From assembly GCA_964358595.1 (NCBI GenBank), contig CAYHQJ010000004.1, positions 1 to 37,765 of the forward strand: a DNA stretch of 37,765 nucleotides. The letters run 5' to 3'. The stretch is from an uncultured Gemmatimonadales bacterium (GTDB taxonomy: Bacteria; Gemmatimonadota; Gemmatimonadetes; Gemmatimonadales; JACORV01). Both the position numbers and the translations under genes were made by a program. Positions 10,030 to 19,085 of the stretch are shown here, piece after piece; position 1 is the first letter of the stretch; the number at the start of each line of letters is the position of its first letter. Below the pieces are notes generated by a model. That model was not told the DNA's origin and did no database searches. It saw only the letters and a list, made by a program, of their open reading frames with translations.

Positions 10030-11315
10030 CCGAGAGGACGAGCGTTGTCCGGCCCGAGAGGCAATTCCTGGGCGACGAGCACCCGTTCGAGGCGATGATG
10101 TCGCGGTTCGACTATGCCGCGCAGCTGCTCAACCTCGACCGCGGGCTGTACAAGGTGCTGCGGAACCCCGACCGCCAGATCATCGTCTCGATCCCCGTAC
10201 TCATGGACAACGGCGAGGTCGAGGTGTTCACCGGCTACCGTGTGCTCTACAACAACTCGCGCGGCCCGGGCAAGGGCGGCATCCGGTTCGACAAGAACGT
10301 CACGCTCGAGGAGGTCACGGCGCTCGCCGCATGGATGACGTGGAAGTGCGCCGTCGTGAACATCCCGTTCGGTGGGGCCAAGGGCGGCGTCGTCTGTGAC
10401 CCGAACGCCCTGTCGATCGGCGAGCTGGAGCGACTGACCCGGCGCTACACGGCGGGCATCATCGAGCTGCTCGGCCCCGACACGGACGTCCCGGCGCCCG
10501 ACGTCAACACCAACGAGCAGATCATGGCGTGGATGATGGACACGTACTCCATGCACCACCGCCACACGGTCACCGCCGTGGTCACCGGCAAACCGGTCGA
10601 GATGGGCGGCTCCCTCGGGCGACGCGAGGCGACGGGGCGCGGATGCATGATCGTGACGAAGGAGGCGCTCAAGCACCTCGGCATGCCGATCGAGGGGACG
10701 CGGGTCGCCGTCCAGGGATTCGGCAACGTGGGCTCGGTCTCGGCCGACCTGCTTCAGAAAGAGGGGTTCACGATCGTCGCCGTGAGCGACGTCTCGGGCG
10801 GCGTGTACAACCCGAAGGGCCTCGACGTGCGGGACCTCATGACCTGGCGGGAGACGAACCGGTACCTCCCGGGGTACCCGAAGGCCGAGGCGATCACGAA
10901 CGAGCAGCTGCTGTCCCTTGATTGCGAGGTTCTGCTCCCCGCGGCGCTCGAGAACGTGATCACCGCGCGCAACGCCGGCGCCATCGCGGCGAAGGTGATC
11001 GTCGAGGGTGCGAACGGCCCGACGGCGGCCGGGGCCGACGAGATCCTCGACCGCAAGGGGACGTTCGTGGTGCCCGACATCCTGGCCAACGCCGGTGGCG
11101 TCACGGTCAGCTACTTCGAGTGGGTCCAAGACCGCAGCGGGTACTTCTGGGACGAGGAGACGGTCAACCGCCGCCTGACCCGCATCATGGTCCACTCGTT
11201 CCAGCACGTGCTCGAGGTTTCCAAGCGCTACAATGTCAACATGCGGATCGCCGCCTATACCCTGGCGATCGACCGGGTGGCCGCGGTGCACCGCTTGCGG
11301 GGTATGTACGCCTGA
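10026..11315 (+). CDS. gdhA: Glu/Leu/Phe/Val dehydrogenase (glutamate dehydrogenase)
   Basis: ATG at 10026 (ATGA overlap with lpxK). Motifs: [64 protein letters not shown]. Confidence 0.93.
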   Translation: MTERTSVVRPERQFLGDEHPFEAMMSRFDYAAQLLNLDRGLYKVLRNPDRQIIVSIPVLMDNGEVEVFTGYRVLYNNSRGPGKGGIRFDKNVTLEEVTALAAWMTWKCAVVNIPFGGAKGGVVCDPNALSIGELERLTRRYTAGIIELLGPDTDVPAPDVNTNEQIMAWMMDTYSMHHRHTVTAVVTGKPVEMGGSLGRREATGRGCMIVTKEALKHLGMPIEGTRVAVQGFGNVGSVSADLLQKEGFTIVAVSDVSGGVYNPKGLDVRDLMTWRETNRYLPGYPKAEAITNEQLLSLDCEVLLPAALENVITARNAGAIAAKVIVEGANGPTAAGADEILDRKGTFVVPDILANAGGVTVSYFEWVQDRSGYFWDEETVNRRLTRIMVHSFQHVLEVSKRYNVNMRIAAYTLAIDRVAAVHRLRGMYA

Positions 11316-11863
11316 CCGAGTTCCTGCCGCCTGAGCACGCCGCGCGGCTGCACGCGCTGGCGCACGCGAGCGTCGTCGCGTGGGTGCGGGGGGAGCGCGC
11401 GCCCGCGCTCCCGGAGCTTCCCGGCGACGTGCGGGCGGGGGTGTTCGTGACGCTCTACCATCGTGGCGACCTGCGCGGCTGCCTCGGCCATCTCGAGGGG
11501 GACCGGCCGGTGCGCGAGCTGGTGCTGCAGATGGCGATGGCCTCGGCGCGCGACGACCCGCGGTTCCCGCCCGTTGGCCCCGCTGAGCTGGACGACCTCA
11601 CGGTCGAGGTCTCGCTGCTCACGCCTCCGGTGCCGGCGCGGGCGGAAGGGGTCGAGCCCGGCCGCCACGGCGTCATCGTCCGGCGGGGGCGGCAGCAGGG
11701 CGTGCTGCTGCCGAAGGTGGCCACCGAGATGGGGTGGGGCCGCGAGCAGCTGCTCGCGGGCGTGTGCCGGAAGGCGGGGTTGCCGCGCGACGCGTGGCGC
11801 GAGAGCGGCACGCAGCTCCTCGTGTTCGAGGCCCAGGTCATCGGCGCCCCGGCTGACCCGTGA
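11312..11863 (+). CDS. AMMECR1-domain protein (AmmeMemoRadiSam system protein A)
   Basis: [32 protein letters not shown] and CRKAGL. The start is uncertain: CTG at 11312 overlapping the gdh stop fits best. The upstream part of ORF 10922 only shadows gdh. Confidence 0.85.
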   Translation: MTEFLPPEHAARLHALAHASVVAWVRGERAPALPELPGDVRAGVFVTLYHRGDLRGCLGHLEGDRPVRELVLQMAMASARDDPRFPPVGPAELDDLTVEVSLLTPPVPARAEGVEPGRHGVIVRRGRQQGVLLPKVATEMGWGREQLLAGVCRKAGLPRDAWRESGTQLLVFEAQVIGAPADP

Positions 11864-12579
11864 GCGAGTGGTTCGAGCGCTGGTTCGGCGAGGAGTACCT
11901 CAGCCTCTACTCGCACCGCGACGAACAGGAAGCCGAGCGCCTGGTGGCACTGCTGGAGGCGCGCGGGATCGTGCGGGTGGGGCTGCGCATCCTCGACCTC
12001 GCCTGCGGGGCCGGCCGGCATGCGGCGGCACTGGAGCGGCGCGGTGCCGCGGTGGTCGGCCTCGACCTGTCCATGCCGCTGCTGGTCTCGGCGCGGCACC
12101 GCGCCGCGGGCGCGCTCGCGCGCGGCGACATGCGCGCGCTCCCGTTCCGGGCCGCCACCTTCGACGCGGTGCTCAACCTCTTCACCAGCTTCGGGTACTT
12201 CGAGGATGACCGCGAGCACGAGCAGGTCCTGCGCGACGTGGCGCGCGTGCTGCGGCCGCGGGGACGGTTCGTGCTCGACTTCCTGAACGCGCCGGCCGTG
12301 CGCGCGCAGTTGGTGCCGCTGGACGAGCGCACCGTGGGCGGCCGCGTGGTCGTGCAGGAGCGCACGCTCTCCGAGGACGGCCGGTTCGTCGTCAAGCGCA
12401 TCCACCTCCGCGGCGACGGGCGCAGCTTTCTGGAGCGCGTCCGGCTCTACGAGCGCCCGGAGCTGGAGCGGATGCTCGGCGCCTGCGGCCTCGCGCCGCT
12501 GGAGACGCTGGGCGACTACGACGGCGGCGTGCACGGCGCGGCCAGCCCGCGACTCCTGATCCTGGCGGCACGCTCGTGA
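11860..12579 (+). CDS. Class I SAM-dependent methyltransferase (candidate N-methyl-bacillithiol synthase, NmbA-like)
   Basis: Motif I ILDLACGAGRH, GLDLS, RGDMR and NLFTSFGYF; N-terminus WFERWFGEEYLSLYSHRD; coupled to bshC by a GTGA overlap. Confidence 0.85.
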   Translation: MSEWFERWFGEEYLSLYSHRDEQEAERLVALLEARGIVRVGLRILDLACGAGRHAAALERRGAAVVGLDLSMPLLVSARHRAAGALARGDMRALPFRAATFDAVLNLFTSFGYFEDDREHEQVLRDVARVLRPRGRFVLDFLNAPAVRAQLVPLDERTVGGRVVVQERTLSEDGRFVVKRIHLRGDGRSFLERVRLYERPELERMLGACGLAPLETLGDYDGGVHGAASPRLLILAARS

Positions 12580-14126
12580 CCATCCGCTTCGCGGCGACGC
12601 CGCTCGGCGCCCTGCGCGTGGGCGGCCTCGAGGGAGTGGTGCGTGCCCAGCGGGGCCGGGCGCTACCCGCCGCCGCCGCGCCGGCGCTGCTCGCCACCGA
12701 GCGCGCCGCGGAGGGGCTGCACGCGCTGCGGGGTGGCGCGGCGCTGGCCGTCACGACGGGCCAGCAGGCGGGACTGTTCACCGGACCGCTCTACGCGTTT
12801 CAGAAGGCGCTCGGCACCGCGGCGCTCGCGGAGGCGCTCACTCAGCGGCACGGCACGCCGGTGGTGCCGGTCTTCTGGGTCGCCGGCGACGACCACGACT
12901 TCGCCGAGATCAACCACTGCGACGTCCTCGGCGCCGACGGCCGGCTGGCGCGCATCGTCCTGCGGGAGCGGACCGCCGACGCGCCGATGCTGCCCGCCTA
13001 CCGCGAGGCGGTGGGGGCGCAGGGCGTGGCGGCGCTCGCGCAGCTCGAGCAGGCCCTGCCGCCCAGCGAGTTCCGCGGCGAGACGCTCGCCTGGCTCGGC
13101 CGCGCCTACCGGCCCGACCACTCCCTCGCCGAGGCCTTCGCACAGGCGCTGGCCGAGGCGCTCGGCAGGTTCGGGGTGGTCGTGTGCCGCGGCTGGGATC
13201 CGGCGATCAAGCTCGCGGCGGCGCCCGTGCTGCTCGGAGCGCTCCGCAACGCCGCGTCGCTGGATCGGGCGCTGGCGGCGGAGGCGCAGCGGCTGCGCGG
13301 CGCGGGGCGCGAGGCGCCGGTCGCGGTGGGCGAGGGGATGACCCTGGTGATGCTCGAGGGCCGCGCCGGGCGCGACCGGCTCCGCATCGCCGGCGACGGA
13401 GCTTTCCAGGCGCGCCGCGGTGGCGAGCAGCTCACCCTCGCCGACCTCGAGCGCGTGCTGGCCACCGAGCCGGGGCGCCTGTCGGGCAACGTCCTGCTCA
13501 GGCCGGCCGTCGAGGCGTTCCTCCTCCCAACGGTGGCATACCTCGGCGGCCCCGGCGAGCTGGCGTACCTCGCGCAGACGGGGCCGGTCTTCGAGGCGCT
13601 GGGCGTGCCGCGGCCGGCCGCGCTGCCGCGCCTCTCCGGGTTCCTCATCGAGGCCAAAGTGGACAAGGTACTCGAGAAGCACCGGCTGGCGGCCCAGGAC
13701 CTCGCCCGGCCGGAGGGTGACCTGGCCGCCGCGCTGGCGCTGGAGGACCTGCCGACCGGCGCCGTGGCGGCGCTGGAGGCCGTGCGCGGGGCGCTCGCAG
13801 AGCGCTACGCCGCGCTCCAGGCCGAGGCGGTGGCGATCGAGAAGACGCTCGAGAAGCCGGTCGAGAACGCCCGCAACCAGGCGCTGCACGGCCTCCAGGA
13901 GATCGAGAAGAAGCTCGTTGCCGCCCTGCGGCGCCAGAACGAGACCGCGCTCCAGCAGGTGGCGCGGGCCCGGGAGCAGCTGTATCCCGCGGGGAAGCCG
14001 CAGGAACGCGTGCTGTGCGTCGCGTCGTTCCTGTCACGCCACGGGGCGGCGGTGCTGGACGTCATGTACGAGGCCGCGCGCGCCCACGCGCGCCGGCTCC
14101 TTGAAGGGGCCCCCCGGGAAGCCTAG
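12576..14126 (+). CDS. bshC: Bacillithiol biosynthesis cysteine-adding enzyme BshC
   Basis: TTGQQAGLFTGPLY..K, VPVFWVAGDDHDFAEI, SGNVLLRP, YLGGPGELAY, coiled-coil and P.GKPQERV. Confidence 0.93.
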   Translation: MTIRFAATPLGALRVGGLEGVVRAQRGRALPAAAAPALLATERAAEGLHALRGGAALAVTTGQQAGLFTGPLYAFQKALGTAALAEALTQRHGTPVVPVFWVAGDDHDFAEINHCDVLGADGRLARIVLRERTADAPMLPAYREAVGAQGVAALAQLEQALPPSEFRGETLAWLGRAYRPDHSLAEAFAQALAEALGRFGVVVCRGWDPAIKLAAAPVLLGALRNAASLDRALAAEAQRLRGAGREAPVAVGEGMTLVMLEGRAGRDRLRIAGDGAFQARRGGEQLTLADLERVLATEPGRLSGNVLLRPAVEAFLLPTVAYLGGPGELAYLAQTGPVFEALGVPRPAALPRLSGFLIEAKVDKVLEKHRLAAQDLARPEGDLAAALALEDLPTGAVAALEAVRGALAERYAALQAEAVAIEKTLEKPVENARNQALHGLQEIEKKLVAALRRQNETALQQVARAREQLYPAGKPQERVLCVASFLSRHGAAVLDVMYEAARAHARRLLEGAPREA

Positions 14127-14136
14127 GTTTCGGCCT

Positions 14137-14421
14137 ATGGTGTGGCTCGTCATCCTCATCGCGCTCATGATTCCGCTCACGGCGGTGGTGCTGGACTCGC
14201 CCGTCGTGCGCGCGTGGGTGGACCGCCGCAGCGGGGGCGGCGGCGACGTGCCGGCCGACGTCAAGGAGCTCGCCAAGCGGGTCGGCGTGCTGGAGACCGA
14301 GCTGGAGGCGATGGCGAAGCAGCTCGGCCAGCTCCAGGAAGAGCACCAGTTCGTGCAGCGGCTGCTCGAGAACCCCGACCGCGCGGTCGAGCAGAAGTCC
14401 CTGCCCAAGCCCGAACGCTAG
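14137..14421 (+). CDS. Small membrane protein: N-terminal TM helix plus coiled-coil (94 aa)
   Basis: ATG 14137; MVWLVILIALMIPLTAVVL is hydrophobic and is followed by heptad-like KELAKRVGVLETELEAMAKQLGQLQEEHQFVQRLLE. It fills the gap exactly between bshC and murJ. Confidence 0.8.
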   Translation: MVWLVILIALMIPLTAVVLDSPVVRAWVDRRSGGGGDVPADVKELAKRVGVLETELEAMAKQLGQLQEEHQFVQRLLENPDRAVEQKSLPKPER

Positions 14422-15987
14422 ATGGCGCGCTCGGCGGGGCGCTCCGCGGCGCTCGTCGCCGCCGGGATCCTGCTGAGCCGCATCGCCGGTCTGGTCCGCC
14501 AGCGGGTCTTCGCCCACTATCTCGGACTCTCGGATGCGGCCGATGCCCTCTCGGCCGCGTTTCGCATCCCGAACCTGCTCCAGAACCTGTTCGGCGAAGG
14601 CGTGCTGTCGGCGTCCTTCATCCCCGTGTACGCGCGGCTCGTGGGGCAGGGAAAGACCGAGGACGCGGGCCGCGTGGCGGGGGCGGTAGCCGGGCTGCTC
14701 GGCCTCGTGGTGGCCGCGATCGTCCTCGCCGGCGTCCTCGCGACGCCGTTCGTCGTGGACCTGCTCGCGCCGGGCTTCACCGGCGACAAGCGGCTCCTCA
14801 CCATCACCCTGGTGCGTATCCTCTTCCCGGCGACCGGCATCCTCGTCCTCTCGGCGTGGTGCCTCGGGATCCTCAACAGCCACGGGAAGTTCTTCCTGTC
14901 GTACGCGGCGCCGGTGGTGTGGAACCTCGCCATCATCGTCGCGACGATCGTCGCCGGTCGGCACGCAGGGGCCGAGCGGCTGGTCGTCGTCATCGCCTGG
15001 GCGGCCGTCGCGGGCAGCGCGCTGCAGGTGCTGGTGCAACTCCCGTCGGTCGTGGGGCTCACCCGGACGCTGCGGGTCTCGACCGACACCACGAGCCCCG
15101 ACGTGCGCACCGTGATCGGCAACTTCGGGCCGGCGCTCGTGGGTCGCGGCGTCAACCAGATCAGCGCGTACGTGGACGGCGTGATCGCCAGCCTGCTCGG
15201 CACCGGGGCAGTGGCCGGCATCACCAACGCGCAGCTCCTCTACACGCTGCCGGTCAGCCTGTTCGGCATGTCGATTTCCGCCGCTGAGCTTCCCGCGATG
15301 TCGGCGGTGCAGGGGAGCGAAGCGGAGCGTCACGAGGCGCTGCGCCAGCGCCTCGAGGACGGGCTGCACCGCATCGCCTTCTTCATCGTGCCGTGCGCCG
15401 TCGCCTTCCTCGCCCTCGGGCACGTGGTCGCGGGCGCCGTGTTCCAGACCGGGCAGTTCTCGGGCGCCGACAGCCGCTACGTCTGGGCGATTCTCGCCGG
15501 GTCGGCGGTGGGCCTGCTCGCCTCCACGCTGAGCCGCCTGTCGTCGTCCACCTTCTATGCGCTCGGCGACACGCGGACGCCGCTGCGCTACGCGCTGGTG
15601 CGGGTGGGCCTGACGACCGCGCTCGGGCTCGCGGCGTCGCTGCTGCTGCCGCCGCTGTTCGGCATCGAGCGGAGGTGGGGCGCGGTCGGCCTTACCGCGA
15701 CGGCGGGCTTCTCGGGCTGGGTGGAGTTCGTCCTGCTGCGCCGCCGGCTCGCCGCGCGCATCGGGCCTGCGCGCCTCGCGCCGGGCTACCTCGCGAGACT
15801 ATGGGGCGCCGCGGGTGTGGCCGCTGCCGCCGGCTGGGGGGTCCTGCTCGCCACCGGCAGGAGCGGCCCCGTCGCGCAGGCCGCGCTGGTCCTGGCACCG
15901 TTCTGCCTGGCGTACGGCGGCATGACCCTGCTACTGCGCGTGCCGATGGCGCAGGCGCTGCTCCGGCGCGGGCTGCGGCGTGACTGA
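14422..15987 (+). CDS. murJ: Lipid II flippase MurJ (MviN)
   Basis: SRIAGLVRQ, AFRIPNLLQNLFGEGVLSASFIPVY, multiple TM helices and FYALGDTRTP. Confidence 0.95.
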   Translation: MARSAGRSAALVAAGILLSRIAGLVRQRVFAHYLGLSDAADALSAAFRIPNLLQNLFGEGVLSASFIPVYARLVGQGKTEDAGRVAGAVAGLLGLVVAAIVLAGVLATPFVVDLLAPGFTGDKRLLTITLVRILFPATGILVLSAWCLGILNSHGKFFLSYAAPVVWNLAIIVATIVAGRHAGAERLVVVIAWAAVAGSALQVLVQLPSVVGLTRTLRVSTDTTSPDVRTVIGNFGPALVGRGVNQISAYVDGVIASLLGTGAVAGITNAQLLYTLPVSLFGMSISAAELPAMSAVQGSEAERHEALRQRLEDGLHRIAFFIVPCAVAFLALGHVVAGAVFQTGQFSGADSRYVWAILAGSAVGLLASTLSRLSSSTFYALGDTRTPLRYALVRVGLTTALGLAASLLLPPLFGIERRWGAVGLTATAGFSGWVEFVLLRRRLAARIGPARLAPGYLARLWGAAGVAAAAGWGVLLATGRSGPVAQAALVLAPFCLAYGGMTLLLRVPMAQALLRRGLRRD

Positions 15988-17788
15988 CGACGCGCTGCAA
16001 CGGAAGCTGGAGGGTCTTCCCGACGCCCCCGGCGTCTACCTCTGGAAGGACGCCGAAGGCACCGTGCTGTACGTCGGCAAGGCCAAGAGCCTGCGCGCGC
16101 GGGTGCGCTGGTACTTCGGCGACGACGTCGAGGCGAACCCTCGCCTCATGCTCCTCCGGAAGCACATCGCCGACCTCGAGACGATCGTCCTCAAGAGCGA
16201 GGCCCAGGCGCTGCTCCTCGAGAACAACCTGATCAAGGAGCACCTGCCGCGGTACAACGTGAACCTACGCGACGACAAGCGGTATCCGTGGCTCGCCGTG
16301 ACCCTCCAGGAGCCGTTTGCCCGCATCCTGGTGACGCGCCAGGCGGCTGACGACGGGGCGCGCTACTTCGGGCCGTACACCGACGTCGGCGCGCTGCGCC
16401 AGACGCTGCGCGTGATCCGCCGGATCTTCACCGTCCGCTCGTGCCACTACGCGCTGCCCGGCGAGGCGCCGGAGCGCCCGTGCCTCGACTTCCACATCGG
16501 CAAGTGCCGGGCACCGTGCGTCGGCCTGGAGAGCCGCGAGGAATACCGGCGCATGATCCAGGACGTGATCCTGTTTCTCGAGGGAAAGACGCTCGAGGTG
16601 CGCACCCGGCTGCGCGAGCGGATGCAGCAGGCCGCGACGGACCTCGACTTCGAGCTGGCGGCGGAGCTGCGCGACGTGCTCGCACGCCTCGACCAGATCG
16701 AGGAGCCCCAGACCGTGGAGCGCGTCGGCGGCGGGAACTGCGACGCCGTGGCCCTGGCGCGCGACGAGGACGACGCCTGCGCGGTAGTGATGCGGATCAG
16801 GGAAGGGAAGGTGATCGGCCGCGAGCACACCTTCCTCGTCGGCGTCGAGGGCGTCCCGGAAGGCGAGGTGCTGACGGCGTTTCTCGTCCGCTACTACTTA
16901 CCGCGGCCGTGGCGCGCGCGGTTGGCCGTGCTCCCGTGCCCACCCGCGGACGAGGACGCCCTGCGCGAAGCGTTCGGCGACGCGCGGTACGCCGTACCGC
17001 AGCGCGGGCTCTACCGCCGCCTTGCCGACCTCGCCGACCAGAACGCGATCCACCTCCTCGAGACGCTGCGGCTCGAGACCTTCGAGGGCGCGGAGCGGGC
17101 TGAGGATCCCGTCTACGCGCTCGGGCGCGACCTCGGCTTGGCGGCGGTCCCGCGCACGCTGGTGTGCGCCGACATCAGCACGGCGCAGGGGCGGGATACG
17201 GTAGGCTCCACGGTGTGGTTCGAGAACGGCCGGCCCAAGCGCGGTGAGTACCGCACGTACCGGATGAAGACCATCGAGGGGCAGGATGACTTCGCGTCGA
17301 TGAAGGAGATGGTCGGCAGGTTCCTGGCGCGCCGCCTCGTCGAAGCGAAGCCGCTGCCGGACCTGTTCGTCGTGGACGGGGGCAAGGGGCAGCTGAACGC
17401 CGCGCTCGAGGCGGCGCAGGAGGCGGGCGTCACGGCGCTCCCGTTCGCGAGCCTGGCCAAGCGCGACGAAGCGGTCTTCCTGCCCGGAAGAAGTGAACCG
17501 CTGCGCCTCTCGCGCCGCAGCCCGTCGCTGCGGCTGCTCCAGCGTGCGCGCGACGAGGCGCACCGCGTTGCCGTCACGTTCAACCGGAAGCGGCGCACCG
17601 CGCGCACCATCACGTCGGCGCTGCTCGAGATCCGGGGCGTCGGCCCGTCGCGGCGCCGCGCGCTGCTGGAACGTCTCGGGTCGCTCGCCGGCGTGAAGTC
17701 GGCCAGCGTAGAGGAACTGAAGCAGATCCCCGGCATCTCGGACGCCATGGCGCAGCGTATCTTCGAGCACGTCCACCGCACCGACTGA
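15980..17788 (+). CDS. uvrC: Excinuclease ABC subunit C
   Basis: GIY-YIG domain (PGVYLWKD..LYVGKAKSLR), FGPY, UVR motif (LDFELAAELRD), DGGKGQL, ARDEAHR and HhH (IRGVGP, IPGIS). Confidence 0.97.
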   Translation: MTDDALQRKLEGLPDAPGVYLWKDAEGTVLYVGKAKSLRARVRWYFGDDVEANPRLMLLRKHIADLETIVLKSEAQALLLENNLIKEHLPRYNVNLRDDKRYPWLAVTLQEPFARILVTRQAADDGARYFGPYTDVGALRQTLRVIRRIFTVRSCHYALPGEAPERPCLDFHIGKCRAPCVGLESREEYRRMIQDVILFLEGKTLEVRTRLRERMQQAATDLDFELAAELRDVLARLDQIEEPQTVERVGGGNCDAVALARDEDDACAVVMRIREGKVIGREHTFLVGVEGVPEGEVLTAFLVRYYLPRPWRARLAVLPCPPADEDALREAFGDARYAVPQRGLYRRLADLADQNAIHLLETLRLETFEGAERAEDPVYALGRDLGLAAVPRTLVCADISTAQGRDTVGSTVWFENGRPKRGEYRTYRMKTIEGQDDFASMKEMVGRFLARRLVEAKPLPDLFVVDGGKGQLNAALEAAQEAGVTALPFASLAKRDEAVFLPGRSEPLRLSRRSPSLRLLQRARDEAHRVAVTFNRKRRTARTITSALLEIRGVGPSRRRALLERLGSLAGVKSASVEELKQIPGISDAMAQRIFEHVHRTD

Positions 17789-17826
17789 CCTTCGACGTTC
17801 AACCCTTCACCGCTTCGACCGCCCTT

Positions 17827-18981
17827 ATGGATTGGTCCCTCGAATGCTCCGGCTGCCGCCAGGCGGCGTCCGCGGACGGACTGCGCACCGTCTGCCCCGA
17901 CTGCGGCTCGCCATGGCTCGTCCGCTACGCGCGCACCGTGCCGCGCCAGGCCCGCGAGGCCCTCGTCGCGCGCGGCCACACCATGTGGCGCTACCGCGAG
18001 TTCCTCCCGCTCGCCGGTGGCGAGGAACCGGTCACGCTCGGGGAGGGCGGGACACCGCTGCTCCGGGCGCACCGGCTCGCCGAGCGGCTCGGCCTCGAGG
18101 ACCTGTGGATCAAGGATGAGGCCGCCAACCCGACGGGGTCGTTCAAGGCCCGCGGCCTCGCCGCCGCCGTCACCCGCGCGGTGCTCGCCGGGGCGACGCG
18201 CTTCGTTCTCCCGACCGCCGGGAACGCCGGCGTGGCGGCGGCGGCCTACGGCGCGCGCGCCGGTGCGACCGTCCGCGTGTACGCGCCGAAAACGACGCCC
18301 CGACCGCTGCTCGGCCAGATCGCCGCGTACGGCGCCGAGCTGATCACCATCGACGGCCACATCGGCGACTGCGGCAAGCTGTCGCGTGCGTACGCCTCCG
18401 AGACGCAGGCGTTCGACCTCTCGACGCTCCGCGAGCCCTACCGCATCGAGGGGAAGAAAACCCTCGGCCTGGAGATCGCCGAGCAGCTCGCCTGGCGCCT
18501 CCCGGGCGCCGTCATCTACCCGACGGGAGGCGGGACCGGGCTGATCGGCATGTGGAAGGTCTACCGCGAGCTGATCGACGCGGGCTGGGTGAGCGGACCG
18601 ATGCCCCGCCTGTTCTCGGTGCAGTCCAGCGGGTGTGCGCCGGTCGTGAAGGCGTTCGAGGCCGGCTCGAGCGCGTGCGAGCCATGGCCGGACCCCTGGA
18701 CGGTGGCCAGCGGTCTCCGGGTGCCGGGACCACTCGGGGGTGCCCTCATGCTGCGCGCGCTCCGGGAGAGCGGCGGCGGGGCGGTGTCGGTGACCGACGA
18801 TGAGCTCACCGCCGATGCCGACCTCCTAGCCTCACTCGAGGGCGTGGATGCCTGCCCGGAAGGGGGCGCGGCCGTCGCTGCGGTTCGTCGCCTGGTGGAA
18901 CGGGGTACAATTGCCAGGGACGAGCGCGTCGTGGTGTTCAATACCGGTGCCGGAGTACTGTACGGGAGGGACTTCAAGTAA
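17827..18981 (+). CDS. thrC: Threonine synthase family PLP enzyme with N-terminal CxxC...CxxC
   Basis: MWRYREFLP, TLGEGGTPL, NPTGSFKARG (PLP lysine), TAGNAG, EGKKT and YPTGGGTGLIG. Confidence 0.85.
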   Translation: MDWSLECSGCRQAASADGLRTVCPDCGSPWLVRYARTVPRQAREALVARGHTMWRYREFLPLAGGEEPVTLGEGGTPLLRAHRLAERLGLEDLWIKDEAANPTGSFKARGLAAAVTRAVLAGATRFVLPTAGNAGVAAAAYGARAGATVRVYAPKTTPRPLLGQIAAYGAELITIDGHIGDCGKLSRAYASETQAFDLSTLREPYRIEGKKTLGLEIAEQLAWRLPGAVIYPTGGGTGLIGMWKVYRELIDAGWVSGPMPRLFSVQSSGCAPVVKAFEAGSSACEPWPDPWTVASGLRVPGPLGGALMLRALRESGGGAVSVTDDELTADADLLASLEGVDACPEGGAAVAAVRRLVERGTIARDERVVVFNTGAGVLYGRDFK

Positions 18982-18985
18982 CCTG

Positions 18986-19014
18986 TTGACGTAGCACGGT
19001 AACTCATGGAGATT
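18986..19014 (+). promoter_or_regulatory. Possible sigma70-type promoter for the TPR gene
   Basis: TTGACG (18986-18991), a 17-nt spacer and a weak -10 (GAGATT) in a locally AT-richer intergenic region; clear SD AAGGAG at 19071-19076. Confidence 0.35.
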
Positions 19015-19085
19015 ATTGCACTTCGGCGGCGCAGCTAAAGCTGGCTGGCACGCCTGAACGATCCTGGTTCAAGGAGAGCTTGAGC

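Noticed and set aside
19046-19060. Sigma-54 promoter (TGGCACG) upstream of the TPR gene
   Set aside because: The -24 element matches, but the -12 position reads AACG rather than TTGC.
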